From Tubiluchus corallicola (lineage: Eukaryota; Animalia; Priapulida), in NCBI GenBank assembly GCA_030141605.1, contig JAQGDQ010000173.1:186001-250000 (forward strand): 64,000 nt of DNA. Direction: 5' to 3'. Positions 37,121-50,200 of the stretch are shown piece after piece; position 1 is the first letter of the stretch, and every line of letters begins with the position of its first letter. A program made the position numbers and the translations under genes. The notes under the pieces are model-generated. The model ran no database searches. It had not been told where the DNA came from and was given only the letters and a program-made list of their open reading frames with translations.

Positions 37121-40100
37121 ATGATTGACAACATAGCTATTGCTGAGCTTACAGACGATGAACTAGTTGAAGTGCTTAAAGAGTATGGTTTTGATCCCGG
37201 ACCTATTGTAGGTATGTGCACGTAGAACACAATGTAAGCCAAAGCCAATTAAGCTATCTTTTAATTGTTGCCTCAACTGTGACTGTGATTAAAAACAGTG
37301 CAGGCTAATAGTAATTAATAATAACGTTTCGCTCTGCCCACATGCAGCAGTTTACTTTTGGGTCTGTTGTTTTGCAGTTTAAAAGTTTTGTGCCTAGTAA
37401 AAAAGAAAAATATCTGGGTCATATTTTATTAGATGACAATAGAGATGATTTAGATATATTACGACAATGTTCAATTTACTATGGTAGAGCAAATAAATTA
37501 CTCATGAAATTTACTCACTGTTTAGTTAACGTGAAGAGACAATTGTTTAATGCTTACTGCACAACTTTTTATTCTATGTCCACTTGGAGACATTTTTATT
37601 CTTACAATCTTAGCAAACTCAAGGTTGCATATAATGTATCAACACGGAAGCTGTTTAACTTTTCATATGATACGAGCGCGAGATATATTTCTACTAGACT
37701 TAATATTATTTATTTTGATGTGATTCACAGAAAATGTGCATACAGTTTACACGTCAGGCTGAATAAGAGTGAAAATTTTATATGCAAGAGCATTTTAAAC
37801 AGTGACGCAAACTTTACTTCTGTAATTAGACGTCATTGGCGTAGTTTGTTATATCGTTTATTGTTATTTGTGTTATTGTTGTGTGTCATGATTTATCATA
37901 TTATTTGTATTAATTTGTGATGTGTATATGAACTTTGTAAAGTTTGAAGTAAAATATTAAATCTAAATCTAATTTCACATATCCAAGAGTTTAGTAAATG
38001 CATTAGCAAATAAAAATTAGTTACAGTCTAGCCTCGTTATCTTGCCCCTCGTTATGCCGCCAAACTCGTCTCTCGCCATAGAAAGTACCAGGACGGATTT
38101 CCTGCTTTGATATTTACCTCGTTAAGTCGCCACCCTCGCTTCTCGCCCTCGCCACGTCATGCTAGGATGAGTGCTTATGTAAACTATATTCGTTATGTCG
38201 CCAAACAGACAAACTCAGAGGTGAATCGATCAATACATATACCGCGTGCCGATCAATATAACCGCGGTATGTAGACAATGCTGCTGTACTCGATAGACAG
38301 ACATAATTAATCTAGTGTGTGTCTCGCCAGGATTAGATTAGGAGTGCTGTGGTTGGTTAATGCGCAGAGAAACTAAAGCGTCACCGATATCCTTACTCTA
38401 TAACACCAAAGCTACATAGAGGAACACTATGTTAATCAACTATTATGTATATACATATAGACTAACTTCGTTATATTCCCGTTATCTCGCCATACTCGCC
38501 TCTCGCCAAAACTTTGCCCTAGACGTACAGTGGCGAGATAACGAGGCTAGATTGTATATATTTATTTTGGAAAAAATGTAAGTTACGCAGATTTAATAAA
38601 AATGTTTGATGTTACGTACAGTGTTAAATATATGAGTGAGACGGAAAGTTATTATATGTTAAAGGTTCTCGAGTTTTGGAATTGCAAATAGAATTTATGT
38701 ATATTTATGTTAATTTATTTCAACATGTGGAATGTCTGCCAAAATTTCCCAAACCGAAAGAAGCGAGAAATTTCAAAAAATATTTGAAAGCAATATTGCT
38801 GGCTTTTTTTACTGTAGCTACAACAAGGTCTGTGTACGAACGCAAGCTAGAGCGACTTATGACAGAAGATGCTGACAATGAAAAAAATATCAGTAATGAG
38901 GAGCAAACCAGTGACTCAAGGTATGTTGTTTCTTTTCATGAAACTTTTAGTCAAGGTTAATCAAGGGCGTATTAATCAATAGGCTAACTAGGCTATAGCC
39001 TAGTGCGCCTAGATGTGTTTGAGGGGCGTCTCATATTAGAAGATTCTTATTTTCCTCAGAAGATGTGTATACTTTCATATTCATGTAAAAGGCGCATTTT
39101 ATAGCACACCGCAGGCAGTTACTGAACACTGTTATATAAGTGCCACTTAACGAACAGGTGCAAGATATTACACAACAAGCAGTTGCATTGCGTGAATGTT
39201 AGTTCTTTGCAAATGCATGTAATTAATAATGACCACGTAGAAACTAGGTTAATAGTGTTTCCGATACACCACTAGTAATTGTTTAATCTTCTTGTTACAT
39301 GAACAATCATAAATTCACGATATAGAGATGGGCAATATAGCACCATCTGCCTTGAGCGTCGTATTCTTGATACACCCATAAGGCTAATTAGTAAAATCTG
39401 TGTGTTTTGGCCTTGCAGAAAAGGAAGCAATTTAGTTTACTGCTTAAGCAGAACAGACATGCAAGGAAAAGTAAGAAAAATTTCTTTGCTGCATGAGAAA
39501 TGTAAAAACTTTGAATGGCAATAGTTGACAATAGCATGTAACGCCTAGGACATAGTTTAATTATTCAAATTAGGCTTAACAAGATTAACTAAAATGGATT
39601 TAAAAAGAGATTAAATTGGAAAAGAATGAGATTTTGGAATAGGTATTTAGTACATTTTAGTTCTTTATGCTGTACTTTTTCAACTGTCATTTTTATTATC
39701 TAGTAGAGTTATTTACATTTTCCATTTCATCAGTTCGTATAACAAAAAATATTCTGATTTCTTGCCTCCAGATAATAGCTGTCTAAAACACCTGTTCTTG
39801 GTCACACTAATTATAATTAAATAAGTATAAAAGAGCCCATTTCGTGAATTAAATTATTCAATTCTTGAAGTCCTTGTTTGTAATTGAAAGTATACTACAA
39901 TATGACCGAAGATTGGGTTATAATTATTGATATTTTGACAGTTTGTCATTAGATGGCAGAACTGGTACATCGTTCGAATTGTATTATATTAGACGTGTTT
40001 ATTGAATAAAGGACTTCAGTGTTAGTTAAGTTGCCTCATGAAAATCTGTTTCCATTTTGGCTTGCTCTGAAAAATATTAGATAGTTACACTTAAATATCT

Positions 40101-43100
40101 TCAACTATTACATCTAAATCTAACATTAGGCTGAAATAACTGAAACAACCTTATAAATGTTAAATACCTACTCAGTGTCTACAAGAGGTGAATAGTTGTG
40201 CAATGATGAGGTAAGATTTTTTTCAATTACAACTGATAAATCAGGAGGGTGCAAATTATCTGACTAGCCGGGCTACATTAAATTTTCCCGCAATTCCTGC
40301 AGGCCACAGGCAGTTTGATCGAGGAGCCAAGTACAGAAAGGACTAATAACGATTTTTTTTGCATCCGACCTGCGCCCATCATTACTACTCCACTCAAGAA
40401 ACTATTTTAGAAGTTATTAAAATTTATATTACAAACCATATATTTATACTTTCAGGACAGATACTGGTAATTTCATTGCAATGCATATTAGTAATGTGTA
40501 TCACACAGTCTCTGTAGTACAGTGACATTAAGCTACAACCGTCTTGTAAGGGTTAGTGGCATCCGATCTAGTAGAAAAAACTACCTGCACTATCTTTGGT
40601 ATCGTGGCACGGACTTCAGATGGATACACTCAATTAATCGCCCGGGCCGCACTTTCATTAGGTTGACAAATCTTTTCGCGGGCCGCACAAATTCTCTCGG
40701 CGGGCCGCAATTTGCACACCCCTGTGATAAATGCTTCAAAAATACTTTTTGAGAAAACGAATTTTGCCATAATTTCTGTAACAGGTATACGAGATTGCTT
40801 TTCAGATATCAGTATAAATAACAATATTGTTCTTAATATGTTGATGATATGCTTTTAGGTACAAAGATGTATCTCATGTGATGGAATCATCTAAAGACAT
40901 CTCTGTTGATGCTGGTTTTCACATGCGACAATCATTCGAAGCCAAACGGCATACCCGAAAACGGTAGCTGTTGTATTTTTAGTAATACTCGTAATAAGAA
41001 TTATATCTTGCTTGTCTGTGGTATTAGATAAGTTAGATAAGATCACGTGATTGTTTCTTTCATTGTGTAATGTACGTTTAATGTTAATTGAGCTAATTAC
41101 TATCTACATTTATTCAGTAAATGTATTAGTTTTCGAATGTGACGTACAGTCTAGCCTCGTTATCTCGCCCCTCGTTATGCCGCCAAACTCGTCTCTCGCC
41201 ATAGAAAGTGCCAGGACGGATTTCCTGCTTTGATATTTATCTCGTTAAGTCGACAAACTCAGAGGTGAATCGATCAATATAACCGCGGTATGTACACAAT
41301 GCTGCTGTACTCGATAGACAGACATAATTAATCTAGTGTGTGTCTCACCAGAATTAGATTAGGAGTGCTGTGGTTGGTTAATGCGCAGAGAAACTAAAGC
41401 GTCACCGATATCCTTACTCTATAACACCAAACAGAAAACCAAATTTAATGTTGATTGGTATCGTAATGCGAAATATATTTTATATGTACATAGAGGAACA
41501 CTATGTTAATCAACTATTATGTATATACATATAGACTAACTTCGTTATATTCCCGTTATCTCGCCATACTCGCCTCTCGCCAAAAATTTGCCCTAGACGG
41601 ACAGTGGGGGGGGGGGGGGTAATGAGACTAGACTGTAACTTCTTATATAAATTTTCTTTTGAGTATGAAGCCACAGCTATATAATTACTAAATTTAAATT
41701 TTTTGAACATGGTTCCACTGTAATAAACCGCTGATTCCTTGCCTGCCTAAATGACAGTAATTTGTCATCGTAGAAATGCTATTGCGATTGGATGGAGGCT
41801 TTTCTGTTTGAGGAGTCAGGTATCACCAGATAGAGATGCCGTCTCTCCCTATTAAAATTGTGGTTCAAAGACAGTGAAGATGCGCTTTCTGTGCACTAGT
41901 GGCTACTGTTGTTTGTTTAGTGGAACTTTGCTTCTGCTAGGGGTGAGCATTCTCTACCAGAAAGCGAATTCGAATCGAACAGAATTTGTGACTTTCGAAT
42001 TCGAATCAAACCGAACTTCAGTGTTTCGAATTCGAACCAAATTCGAATTGAGATCGAATGATTTCGAACCACCAGGAAAAATTAGTCTTACAAAGATCAT
42101 GCATATCATTAAATTTTGTTCTGCAATAAAACGACTAGTAATTTCTTTAAAGTTGTGTGCAGAAATCACAGCTAAATTATGCTAATTGCATGATGTTTCA
42201 ATCGTTTTAGTGATTAAGAACATGTGTGATTGAAGTGCTGAATTATTCGAATCTATAGTTTTGGATTCGAATCGAGTTCGAACTAAAAAAACTCGTTCGA
42301 ATCGAATGTTCGAACTCGAACGTTCGATGCTCACCCCTAGCTTCTGCGTGATTGGTACATAAAACATGTTAATGACTTAGCTTATTATTGCTACTCTGAT
42401 TATTTCATGCAGTAGCTTTACTGTCTTGTGTTTCTCAGCTCGCAAAGAGAAATTAATGACAACTGTTTATGTTATTTAATTCCAAGAATCATGAATTTAA
42501 TTTATAATATACTGTTGTGGAGATCGCTGACGTCAAGTAGAACTGCATAGAACATCGTAGAACCGCCTTACCGTCCGTCTGGATTGTTCTCGAACATTTG
42601 TTCGAGAAGTTTCTGCAGTGCGCTATATATGGCGAAGATGGCGGATCGCACATTGCACACAGATCTTAACACGGACATATACTTGTATACTTACCTTTTC
42701 AGATATACTTAATCGTTTTCCAGATTTTCACGTTTAGTATAATCATTTCTTGTTCCTTCATCTTTGTGTTGTAAGAATTCTCGCTCAATAAAGTAATAAC
42801 ATTTAACGGTGTGTATTCTGGTTTTCTCTACGAGCCTTCCGAGAGAAACAAAACACAACGTATACATTGGTAACAGCTGTACAAAAAAGTTGAAATCTAA
42901 ATCACACTTATACGTAAAGGGTCTGCAAAACTCGCCTAGTTCCAGACTAATATTCTGAAAGTCTTGCACTTCAGCTTTTGAGGTCCTTACAGTGGTACAT
43001 TAGCTTAGTATATTCTACTATTGTACCCCATATCTGTAGTAAAACTTAAACACAGTAATACGGCCTCTTATTTCAAGTAACGAACTAGTTCAGCATAAAT

Positions 43101-43457
43101 AATTACAAAAATATCCTGCATGTAACAGAGATTTTTGTATTCGCCCCATTCTGCTTGTGAATATTATATACTCTGTGTGTAATTTTTATGTATATTTGTG
43201 TTGAACCTATAATTATTGGTGAACCATATTTATCCGTTTTCAGCGAGGTACCATCCCATGCCGAGTCTACGAAAGTTCACAAAGATGAAACGAAATCTGT
43301 GATTAAGCAGGAAAATAAGAAGATGTCCTGGTTATCAATTTGGGTTCAATTAGTTATATTGCTTGTCATGGCTGCTCTTGTTTACCTAGTGATTATGAAC
43401 ATGGAACAAGTGCAAGAAAGTCATATTCCTCGTTTGTCTGATGCTGATGTCGTCTAA
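37121..43457 (+). CDS. LEM-domain protein with C-terminal transmembrane anchor (emerin/LAP2beta/LEMD1-like), at least 170 aa
   Basis: Exons 37121-37211, 38818-38920, 40859-40963 and 43244-43457 splice in frame. The LEM motif is ELTDDELVEVLKEYGFDPGPIVATTRSVYERKL. The TM helix is WLSIWVQLVILLVMAALVYLVIMNME. Extra small internal exons are possible. Confidence 0.88.
37342..37975 (+). mobile_element. 5'-truncated LINE (RT thumb and ORF2 C-terminus)
   Basis: The ORF contains KYLGHIL..D..DI.RQ...YGRANKLL.KF..C...VKRQLFNAYC.TFY and KLKVAYN, typical of non-LTR ORF2. It is followed by a short (TAAATC)n tail. Confidence 0.8.
38024..38554. mobile_element. pogo/Tigger-like MITE, family F, copy 1
   Basis: TIRs CAGTCTAGCCTCGTTATC / GATAACGAGGCTAGATTG, with TA TSD. 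Confidence 0.88.
40242..40724. mobile_element. hAT-like MITE, family A, copy 3
   Basis: Same family, with 8-bp TSD TGATAAAT. Confidence 0.9.
41147..41635. mobile_element. pogo/Tigger-like MITE, family F, copy 2
   Basis: Same family as 38024-38554, with TA TSD. Confidence 0.88.
41938..42339. mobile_element. hAT-like MITE with TTCGAA-rich ends
   Basis: TIRs TAGGGGTGAGCAT / ATGCTCACCCCTA, with 8-bp TSD GCTTCTGC. Confidence 0.9.
42513..42860 (+). mobile_element. Solo LTR
   Basis: Termini TGTTGTG...CACAACG (CA mutated to CG), 5-bp TSD TATAC, an internal TATA-like CTATATAT, and AATAAA at 42787. Confidence 0.75.
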
Positions 43458-44834
43458 TTAGTTTAGTCAGGCCATGTTTAGTTTACTTTTGTTATTTATT
43501 ATGAACGATAAACGTATTGACTGCTTTCCTAGAAAAATGTGATTAAAACTGCATTCATTCTTCTTAAAAATCCATAATGTGAAGTGTTAAACTAGTTTTT
43601 TTGTATTAAAATAGATATCTAAGTATATGTACTTTAGGTAAACACGGTCAAGAGCTATAAGAAAATATTTTGTATAAAAAATGTCGGCTAGTGTTACTTA
43701 GAAACTGTTAAAAGAAGAAAAGCTTTAAAAAGAACTGCTTAAGAAAAATCGCTTAGTGTCTGCCAGTGCAACCAATACTAAACTTTATTATAATCTCTTT
43801 AAGAAAAGCATTATGCAGAATATGCACTAGAGTAATGTAAGCAGGAAATGATAACGACTAACAAATAATGGTTCTAATACATGTATATATGTATATTCCT
43901 CATTATTCTAATTACGATCATTAGCAATAGATATATACACAATTTTAGTAAAGGCGGAAAAAGCACAAGAAGCTACGTCTGCAGTAAGAATAGGAGTTCT
44001 CAGTAATGTTCGTAACCATGACATTCGTTTGTTGATTTGTTAAGATCAAGATTATCAATACATGTAATTTGCCAACTTTTGTTCTTTTTTGTGATAATTA
44101 TTCACATTCTATGAGCAATCATTTATTTTGAATTTATCATCATACTATACTCATAGTAAAGGAGAAAAATAATAGCAAGCTTGGCATGTGGTGGAGAGTT
44201 TCCTTTGGACTTTATCTGACTATACTGACCAATTTTGCGGCAAGATGTGGTACATTTTTATGTAGTCCTGTTTGTAAAGTGCATGTAGAGCTAATTAGAC
44301 ATTTTTATTTAAAACAATTGTCAACATGTGCCTAATTTGACAAGCATTCTAAGTATATGGGTATTTATTATTTTCTTTACATGTTTCTGGCAGTGAATGT
44401 TACAATGGCTGTATAATCGTGTAATATTACAGTTACAGATATTTTAGGTCTAGGTCCTTATTGCAGAATCTGATATGCAACTGTTTCAATTTTATTATTA
44501 TTATGGTAATACTGTGCAAAGTGTCCAATAGTAAAATTTTGTTTAATGCAGACTTCTAATCTAACATAAATTAAGTTGACTTTCCTGCAATAGTAAATTG
44601 CAAAATTAAAATTGGGCAAATAGTTTCTATTTGATGCTTATAACTTTAACTAGTGATGCACTGAAATGTATTTATGGAATCATTTTAACAATGTGTGAAT
44701 TGAACTTTAACAAATGACAGTTTTATTAGTTTACAAAATAAAATTGTATTAGTTACTGCACTGGTTACTAGTTTATTTCTTATATTTAATTCGTTGGGTT
44801 GTAACACTTTGGACAGTTTATTATTTTTTACTAA

Positions 44835-45154
44835 ACTAGACAGCTAAATTGATCACTGTGAGTAGTTTTGAATGTACTCAACTAGACAGCTAAATTGATC
44901 ACTGTGAGTAGGGTGAGTAGTTTTGAATGTAGTCAACTAGACAACTAAATTGATCACTGTGAGTAGGGTGAGTAGTTTTGAATGTAGTCAACTAGACAGC
45001 TAAATTGATCACTGTGAGTAGGGTGAGTAGTTTTGAATGTAGTCAACTAGACAGCTAAATTGATCACTGTGAGTAGGGTGAGTAGTTTTGAATGTAGTCA
45101 ACTAGACAGCTAAATTGATCACTGTGAGTAGGGTGAGTAGTTTTGAATGTAGTA
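44835..45154. repeat. 55-bp minisatellite, about 6 copies
   Basis: Unit ACTAGACAGCTAAATTGATCACTGTGAGTAGGGTGAGTAGTTTTGAATGTAGTCA. The first copy lacks 9 nt. Confidence 0.95.
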
Positions 45155-45816
45155 TGCCAGCTTTCTTGTACTTGCTACATTGTATAATTACTGTTTTACA
45201 AAAGGCAGTTTTTCAACAGTCATGCAGAATACCCTTACCGTTGAAGCATAAGAGCTTAAGGACCTCTCCACTCTTCTTTGTTGATTTTATTAAAAATAAA
45301 AATGAACAGAATAGGTGGCCACACAGCAATCATGAAGTGTAGCTCAAGACTTCTTGTTGCCATTTGTGACAACCTAGGGTCTGTATACTTTTCTGGATTG
45401 CATTTCCAGTGTCTATCAACACGAATCTGGAACTGAGCAGGACTAGAGGCTTGAACTACAGTGTCTGGCACATGTTCTGTTCATTAATTGCTGGCATTGC
45501 AAATGTATCTCATCCTGCGATTATAGCAAATGGAAAATTTCTGTACTTCACTTGCAACCCTTGCAAGCAGAGTAATAATTATGTTTGTTTGATTTAAAGC
45601 TTTATTTAATACTTCCTTTATAATTACAATAATATTATACTACATGCTAGCAGTAGTTTGACACTAATGAGGTAGCTGCAATTCGGGTTATAAACGCTAA
45701 ATTTAGCGCGTTGAACATGTGTTTGTAAGTTAGTTACGCCTGGAAAATTCATGAGCTCTTCAGGCGGAGCAAGAATAATTGGCAATGTTCCAATGTGTAC
45801 GTGCCGCATGGTTTTC

Positions 45817-45957
45817 GGATTTCCCATTTTTTAAGAAGGTTTTCCCCTTTTCCTCTGTATATATAAAGGATGGGTTATGGTAAAATCCCGTTTTATGTGT
45901 GTCAGTTTTCAAACTTGTATGTCAGTGTTCGGGCTGCCAGATTAGAGACTTTATAAG
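45817..45957 (+). promoter_or_regulatory. Putative promoter and non-coding first exon of the caspase-STING gene, with kappaB-like sites
   Basis: Elements seen: GGATTTCCC 45817-45825, GGTTTTCCCC 45838-45847, TATATAAA 45860-45867, GGTAAAATCCC 45879-45889, Inr-like TCAGTT 45902 and a consensus donor AAG|GTAAGT at 45957. The ATG exon starts at the acceptor TTTTTCAG|CC at 47296. Confidence 0.5.
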
Positions 45958-46516
45958 GTAAGTTACCTTAAAGTTTTTGTTATTACGACGTCCCGGCTTA
46001 CACGATTTGGCCATTATTAAAAATGATTTATTTGCACAAACATGCAAGTCACTACTACACTTGGATTGTTTATAGCAATTCTCGGACATAAATCACTATC
46101 ACCAAGATATCCACTTTTAGAAACTTTACTCACAGTAAATTGACAGTGTGCAGCTAATTCATATTTAAACGAAATGCTAGACTGTTGTACATTCTTGTTT
46201 TCGAAAATGACAGCTAGGTGCATATATTTATAATGCAAGTTGGAACTAACTGAGTAGCAGCACTGAGTGGACCCAGTAAAACGTGAGAGCTGTGGTGTTT
46301 TTAAACAATTTACCCCTAAATTGCACCCGTAGATTTAAATGCCACATGTGCATATTTATAACATTTTAATAAACTTATTAATAGCGTTCAGAGCAGTAAT
46401 AATTATAAGTACATACACCAAAGCAGCAGCCTAGTGTACTAAATTTATTGCATTATGATGATTAGACTAAAGTTTACAATTCCCCATACACAATAAATTA
46501 GTCTGTGAAGCAGACT

Positions 46517-46581
46517 AGGATTAGGGTTGAGGTTAGGGTTAGGGTTAGCTCTAGGGTTAGGGTTTGTTTAAGATTAGGGTA
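46517..46581 (+). repeat. Degenerate interstitial (TTAGGG)n tract
   Basis: Sequence TTAGGGTTGAGGTTAGGGTTAGGGTTAGCTCTAGGGTTAGGG...TTAGGG. Confidence 0.75.
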
Positions 46582-47297
46582 TTTAAATTGTTTGTGGAAT
46601 TGTAAACTTCTTCCAATGATTATTATAGCCATACTGCATGTTTTTAATAGCTTTGAAATACAGTATTTCTGTGTAATGTGGACATAGTTTTGTATGTGTG
46701 TACAGCAATGTTATGTGATGTGAATGCATTATATGAGAGGCGCTGCCACAACACGAGTTATTGTTGTGTCTACAGGAAAATGCATGTGAGTTGGGCACAG
46801 TTGGCCCTTCATGTGTGTCAGCATTTCTCCACTAGCATGGTCATGCCTAGAAGGTTTTCAGATTGAGGAGTACTTAGCAAATAAGTTCCTCGTGTCATGA
46901 TCCCATTTTATTGTATTTACCTGTATAACTATATATATAACACATATAGACATAATTATGCTCTTTTCTGTTTGAAAGCCCTGAGATGCTCGAATGCAGA
47001 TCTTGTATCGACTGTTGCATTAACAGTTTTTTCATTATTAATTAAATACCATATTGTTAAATTATGCAATAAAGCATCCATGAGTCTATTTATTACCACA
47101 GAACAGAGCTTTCCATTAAATTCATGTGCGATTTTACAAGACATTTCAGTATTTGCACTTCTTTGCTTTTTGTGGTGGAGGACTTTGCTTTTTGGACCTT
47201 TCGCTCTATCTTGGTGCCAACTTGTTAACCATGTAAACAAGCATTTTGGTTCTATCTTCAGTGCATCATATAGAACACTGACCGCCATTTTTCAGCC

Positions 47298-50200
47298 ATG
47301 GAAACTGGAGGTGGTGATGTTCCATCTACCGTCAAGGTGCTGAAAGGGACAATAGTGAATGCAAGATATGCTAGTCGACGAAATGTGAGTTACTAATTTG
47401 ATGTCGCATGTCATGTTATTAAGTTCGTAAAAACAACCAAATAAATTACTCAGTTGTCAGTGGGTTTATTTTTCCTAAGTCTGATAAAAAATATTCCCTT
47501 TTGGTTACTTTGTGAATAATAATAATAAATAAAGAAAATTTGCGGTTATCACAATTACAGATACAAATACACATGTAACGCTTTTCCTACATCCTCACTA
47601 ACTTTCTGGTCAAAGATTTTTTTCCAGGGGTCTGAAGTTCAAGGTCAAAACCTTGGTCAAAAGGTCATCAACTGAAAATCATCATATAGATTTGAGCTTG
47701 GATTTGGATTCTAGGTATTTTTCTGATTAAAAAAACACCTCTCACTTGAATTTTGGTGCAGTAGGTGTTGAGATATGAATTTTTGAAGTTTCAGGCGAAC
47801 GCGAAAGAGTGCGAAAAGCTCAAGTTTTCAAATTGTCATAACTTTTGAATGGGTGGACCAATTGACCTAAAATTTTGAACATAAATTATTGTCAAAAAGC
47901 CCAATAACCGTACCAAGTTTCATCAAAATACGAAATGGTCGGGGGTAGATAATCCAAAATTTTTGGTGAATTGACATGGAATGACCCTGTGGCCAAGTCA
48001 GCCATGTTTGAAATGTCTGAGGTGGCATGCAAAAAGTTGCCTGTTAATGCTTTATACATGAAAGAGCATTTTGAGGTAGGCAGTTTAGTATTTTGTTGCT
48101 CTGTGTGGTGCACCTGTGGTTGGCAATCATGCAGTCAGGGGCGTCGTGCACCAAAAAAAAATTGGGGGGCCCGACTGTATATAATGGCGGAACTTAACTG
48201 TTTAAAAAACGTATAATTTTGAATTCCCATACAGTATTTTGCGTGCAAGAAAAACGATTTATTTATTCCCAACTGGCATTTAACTTCAAGCTATAGCAAC
48301 GGAAACTTAATTAAAATTAAAAATTAAATTAAAATTTAATTAAGTATTTATTAGCTGTCAGGAATCCAAAGATTCGGCGAAAAGACATAGTAGGAGAAAA
48401 ATGATGAAATGTGCTCAAAATCACGCCCTTTTATGCAGCAAACTCCTGGGAAAGAGTCGCTAAGGAGTAGCAAAGAGTGGGCAATGTCCAATCAGGAGGT
48501 AGCTGAGCCGTGGCTCATCAATTTGTATCTCCCAAACCGACTCTCTGGTACTAGGCTAGCTCAACATGACTTCAATGTTTGCATTGTTTTCGCTCTATTA
48601 TTTCACTTATTCTCTATTATAACACACTGCTGAAGGAAGCTCGAGTGCTAACTGAGCCGTTTTGTTAATTAACAGTCTTTTGTACAAAGACGCTAATGCT
48701 ACTCAACGAGCTGGTTTGTTAACTGTTCCTGCCTGCCTCCTGAATAGATTACATGCAAACAAATTAACTACATCCTGACTTTCAGGTAAACACATCTGGT
48801 CAGGCACGTATTAACAGTCAGCATAATTTAACTCGGCGACAAACTTTAATGATAAAAAATATTATTGGGCTACTGTACCGAAACGCTCATACTGTTCGCA
48901 TTTATGGAGCGCTGGCCCGCTATTGTGTGTCAAAAAGTCAGAAATAAATTTGCTTACCGTTTGCCATTTTGACATTTTCTAAAAAATTGGGGGGGGGGGG
49001 GCTATAGCACGACGCCACTGCATGCAGTCTTTTTATGGACTTAGAACTTATCTGTGTTTGAAATTTAAGAGAAGCCTCAACAGATTTGGGAAGCAAATAT
49101 TACATAGAGATGTCTGTGATGCATTCCGTTTGTATTTACAGTGTCTTCTCTGTATAGTAACAATTCTGTCCTTTTGTTTAATATTTTGCCACTTTGATGG
49201 AATGTGAAAAACATTTTAAACATAGATAGCTTTTAAAAAAATTTGTTTTGATTTCTGAATTTAACTTATTTGATTTAATTCAAGATTACTAAATTACTAT
49301 TTTTTTCCAAACACACAACAAAACTGTATATTTCTTCAAAATTAGCGAAGATGCGCACAATCTTGTTAATGCTTTAAGCAACCTTCTAAAAGTACCGGTC
49401 ATTCATCATCCAATAAATGTGGCTGGTTGTGTGTCAGAATGTTATTTAACTCCCCATGGCAGATCTGCAATACGGATGTTCAGAACAGAACATGCTTTTT
49501 GAAGGTAGGTTTTGGTTATTCGGCAGCTCCACGTTAAGCAGAGGTCAGTAGAATCAGTAAAGTCAGTATTTCATAATCTGCACATTGTCGATCCAGATTT
49601 TATGTGGTTACGTCATGATTTTCACATTAGGGACCACATTTTGTATGTTGTCGCATAACTTACACGTTCTGGACCAACTGTGCATGCACTACTGTATAAC
49701 CTGTGCAATACAGACCCACATTTCTAGTGTTGTTACATGAGGTCACCACTTAACTACTGCATATGTTTAACATTTCTAATCAATGCATGTGTCTCAAACA
49801 GCATAAGTCATGAGATTTGTCACTGTTGCTTGGCAAACTGTTGTTATCAAATGTTGTTACTTATTAGGTATATCCCATGGATTCCACACCACGCGGCTAC
49901 TGCTTGATCATTAATAATGTTGAGTTTGATGCAAGAAAAGTAAAAAATGAGTATGACATGATAGTTGACTTCAAACCAGAAACTAGAAAAGGTTCTGATG
50001 TGGACGAAGTAAAGCTAAGGAGTCTGTTTGACCAACTGGGATATGTTGTTGACCCAACACAGTCCAATCTGACGTCTGAGGTATGATACAGGGCAGGTGT
50101 AGATACAGCCAAACTGATCAGATGAAATTTTGTTTGTTCAAGCCTCCATATGAAGTCCACATATTACATACTGAATACAGAAAGCTATAAATTGTAAAGC

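Noticed and set aside
39942-40210. Additional LEM micro-exons (donor GAG|GTAAGA at 40210) and a candidate exon at 41774
   Set aside because: The most natural acceptors give in-frame stops. This cannot be resolved without transcripts.
46897-47343. 148-aa and 110-aa ORFs upstream of the caspase as a possible prodomain
   Set aside because: They are out of frame or antisense to the ATG exon, show no death-fold pattern and look intronic.
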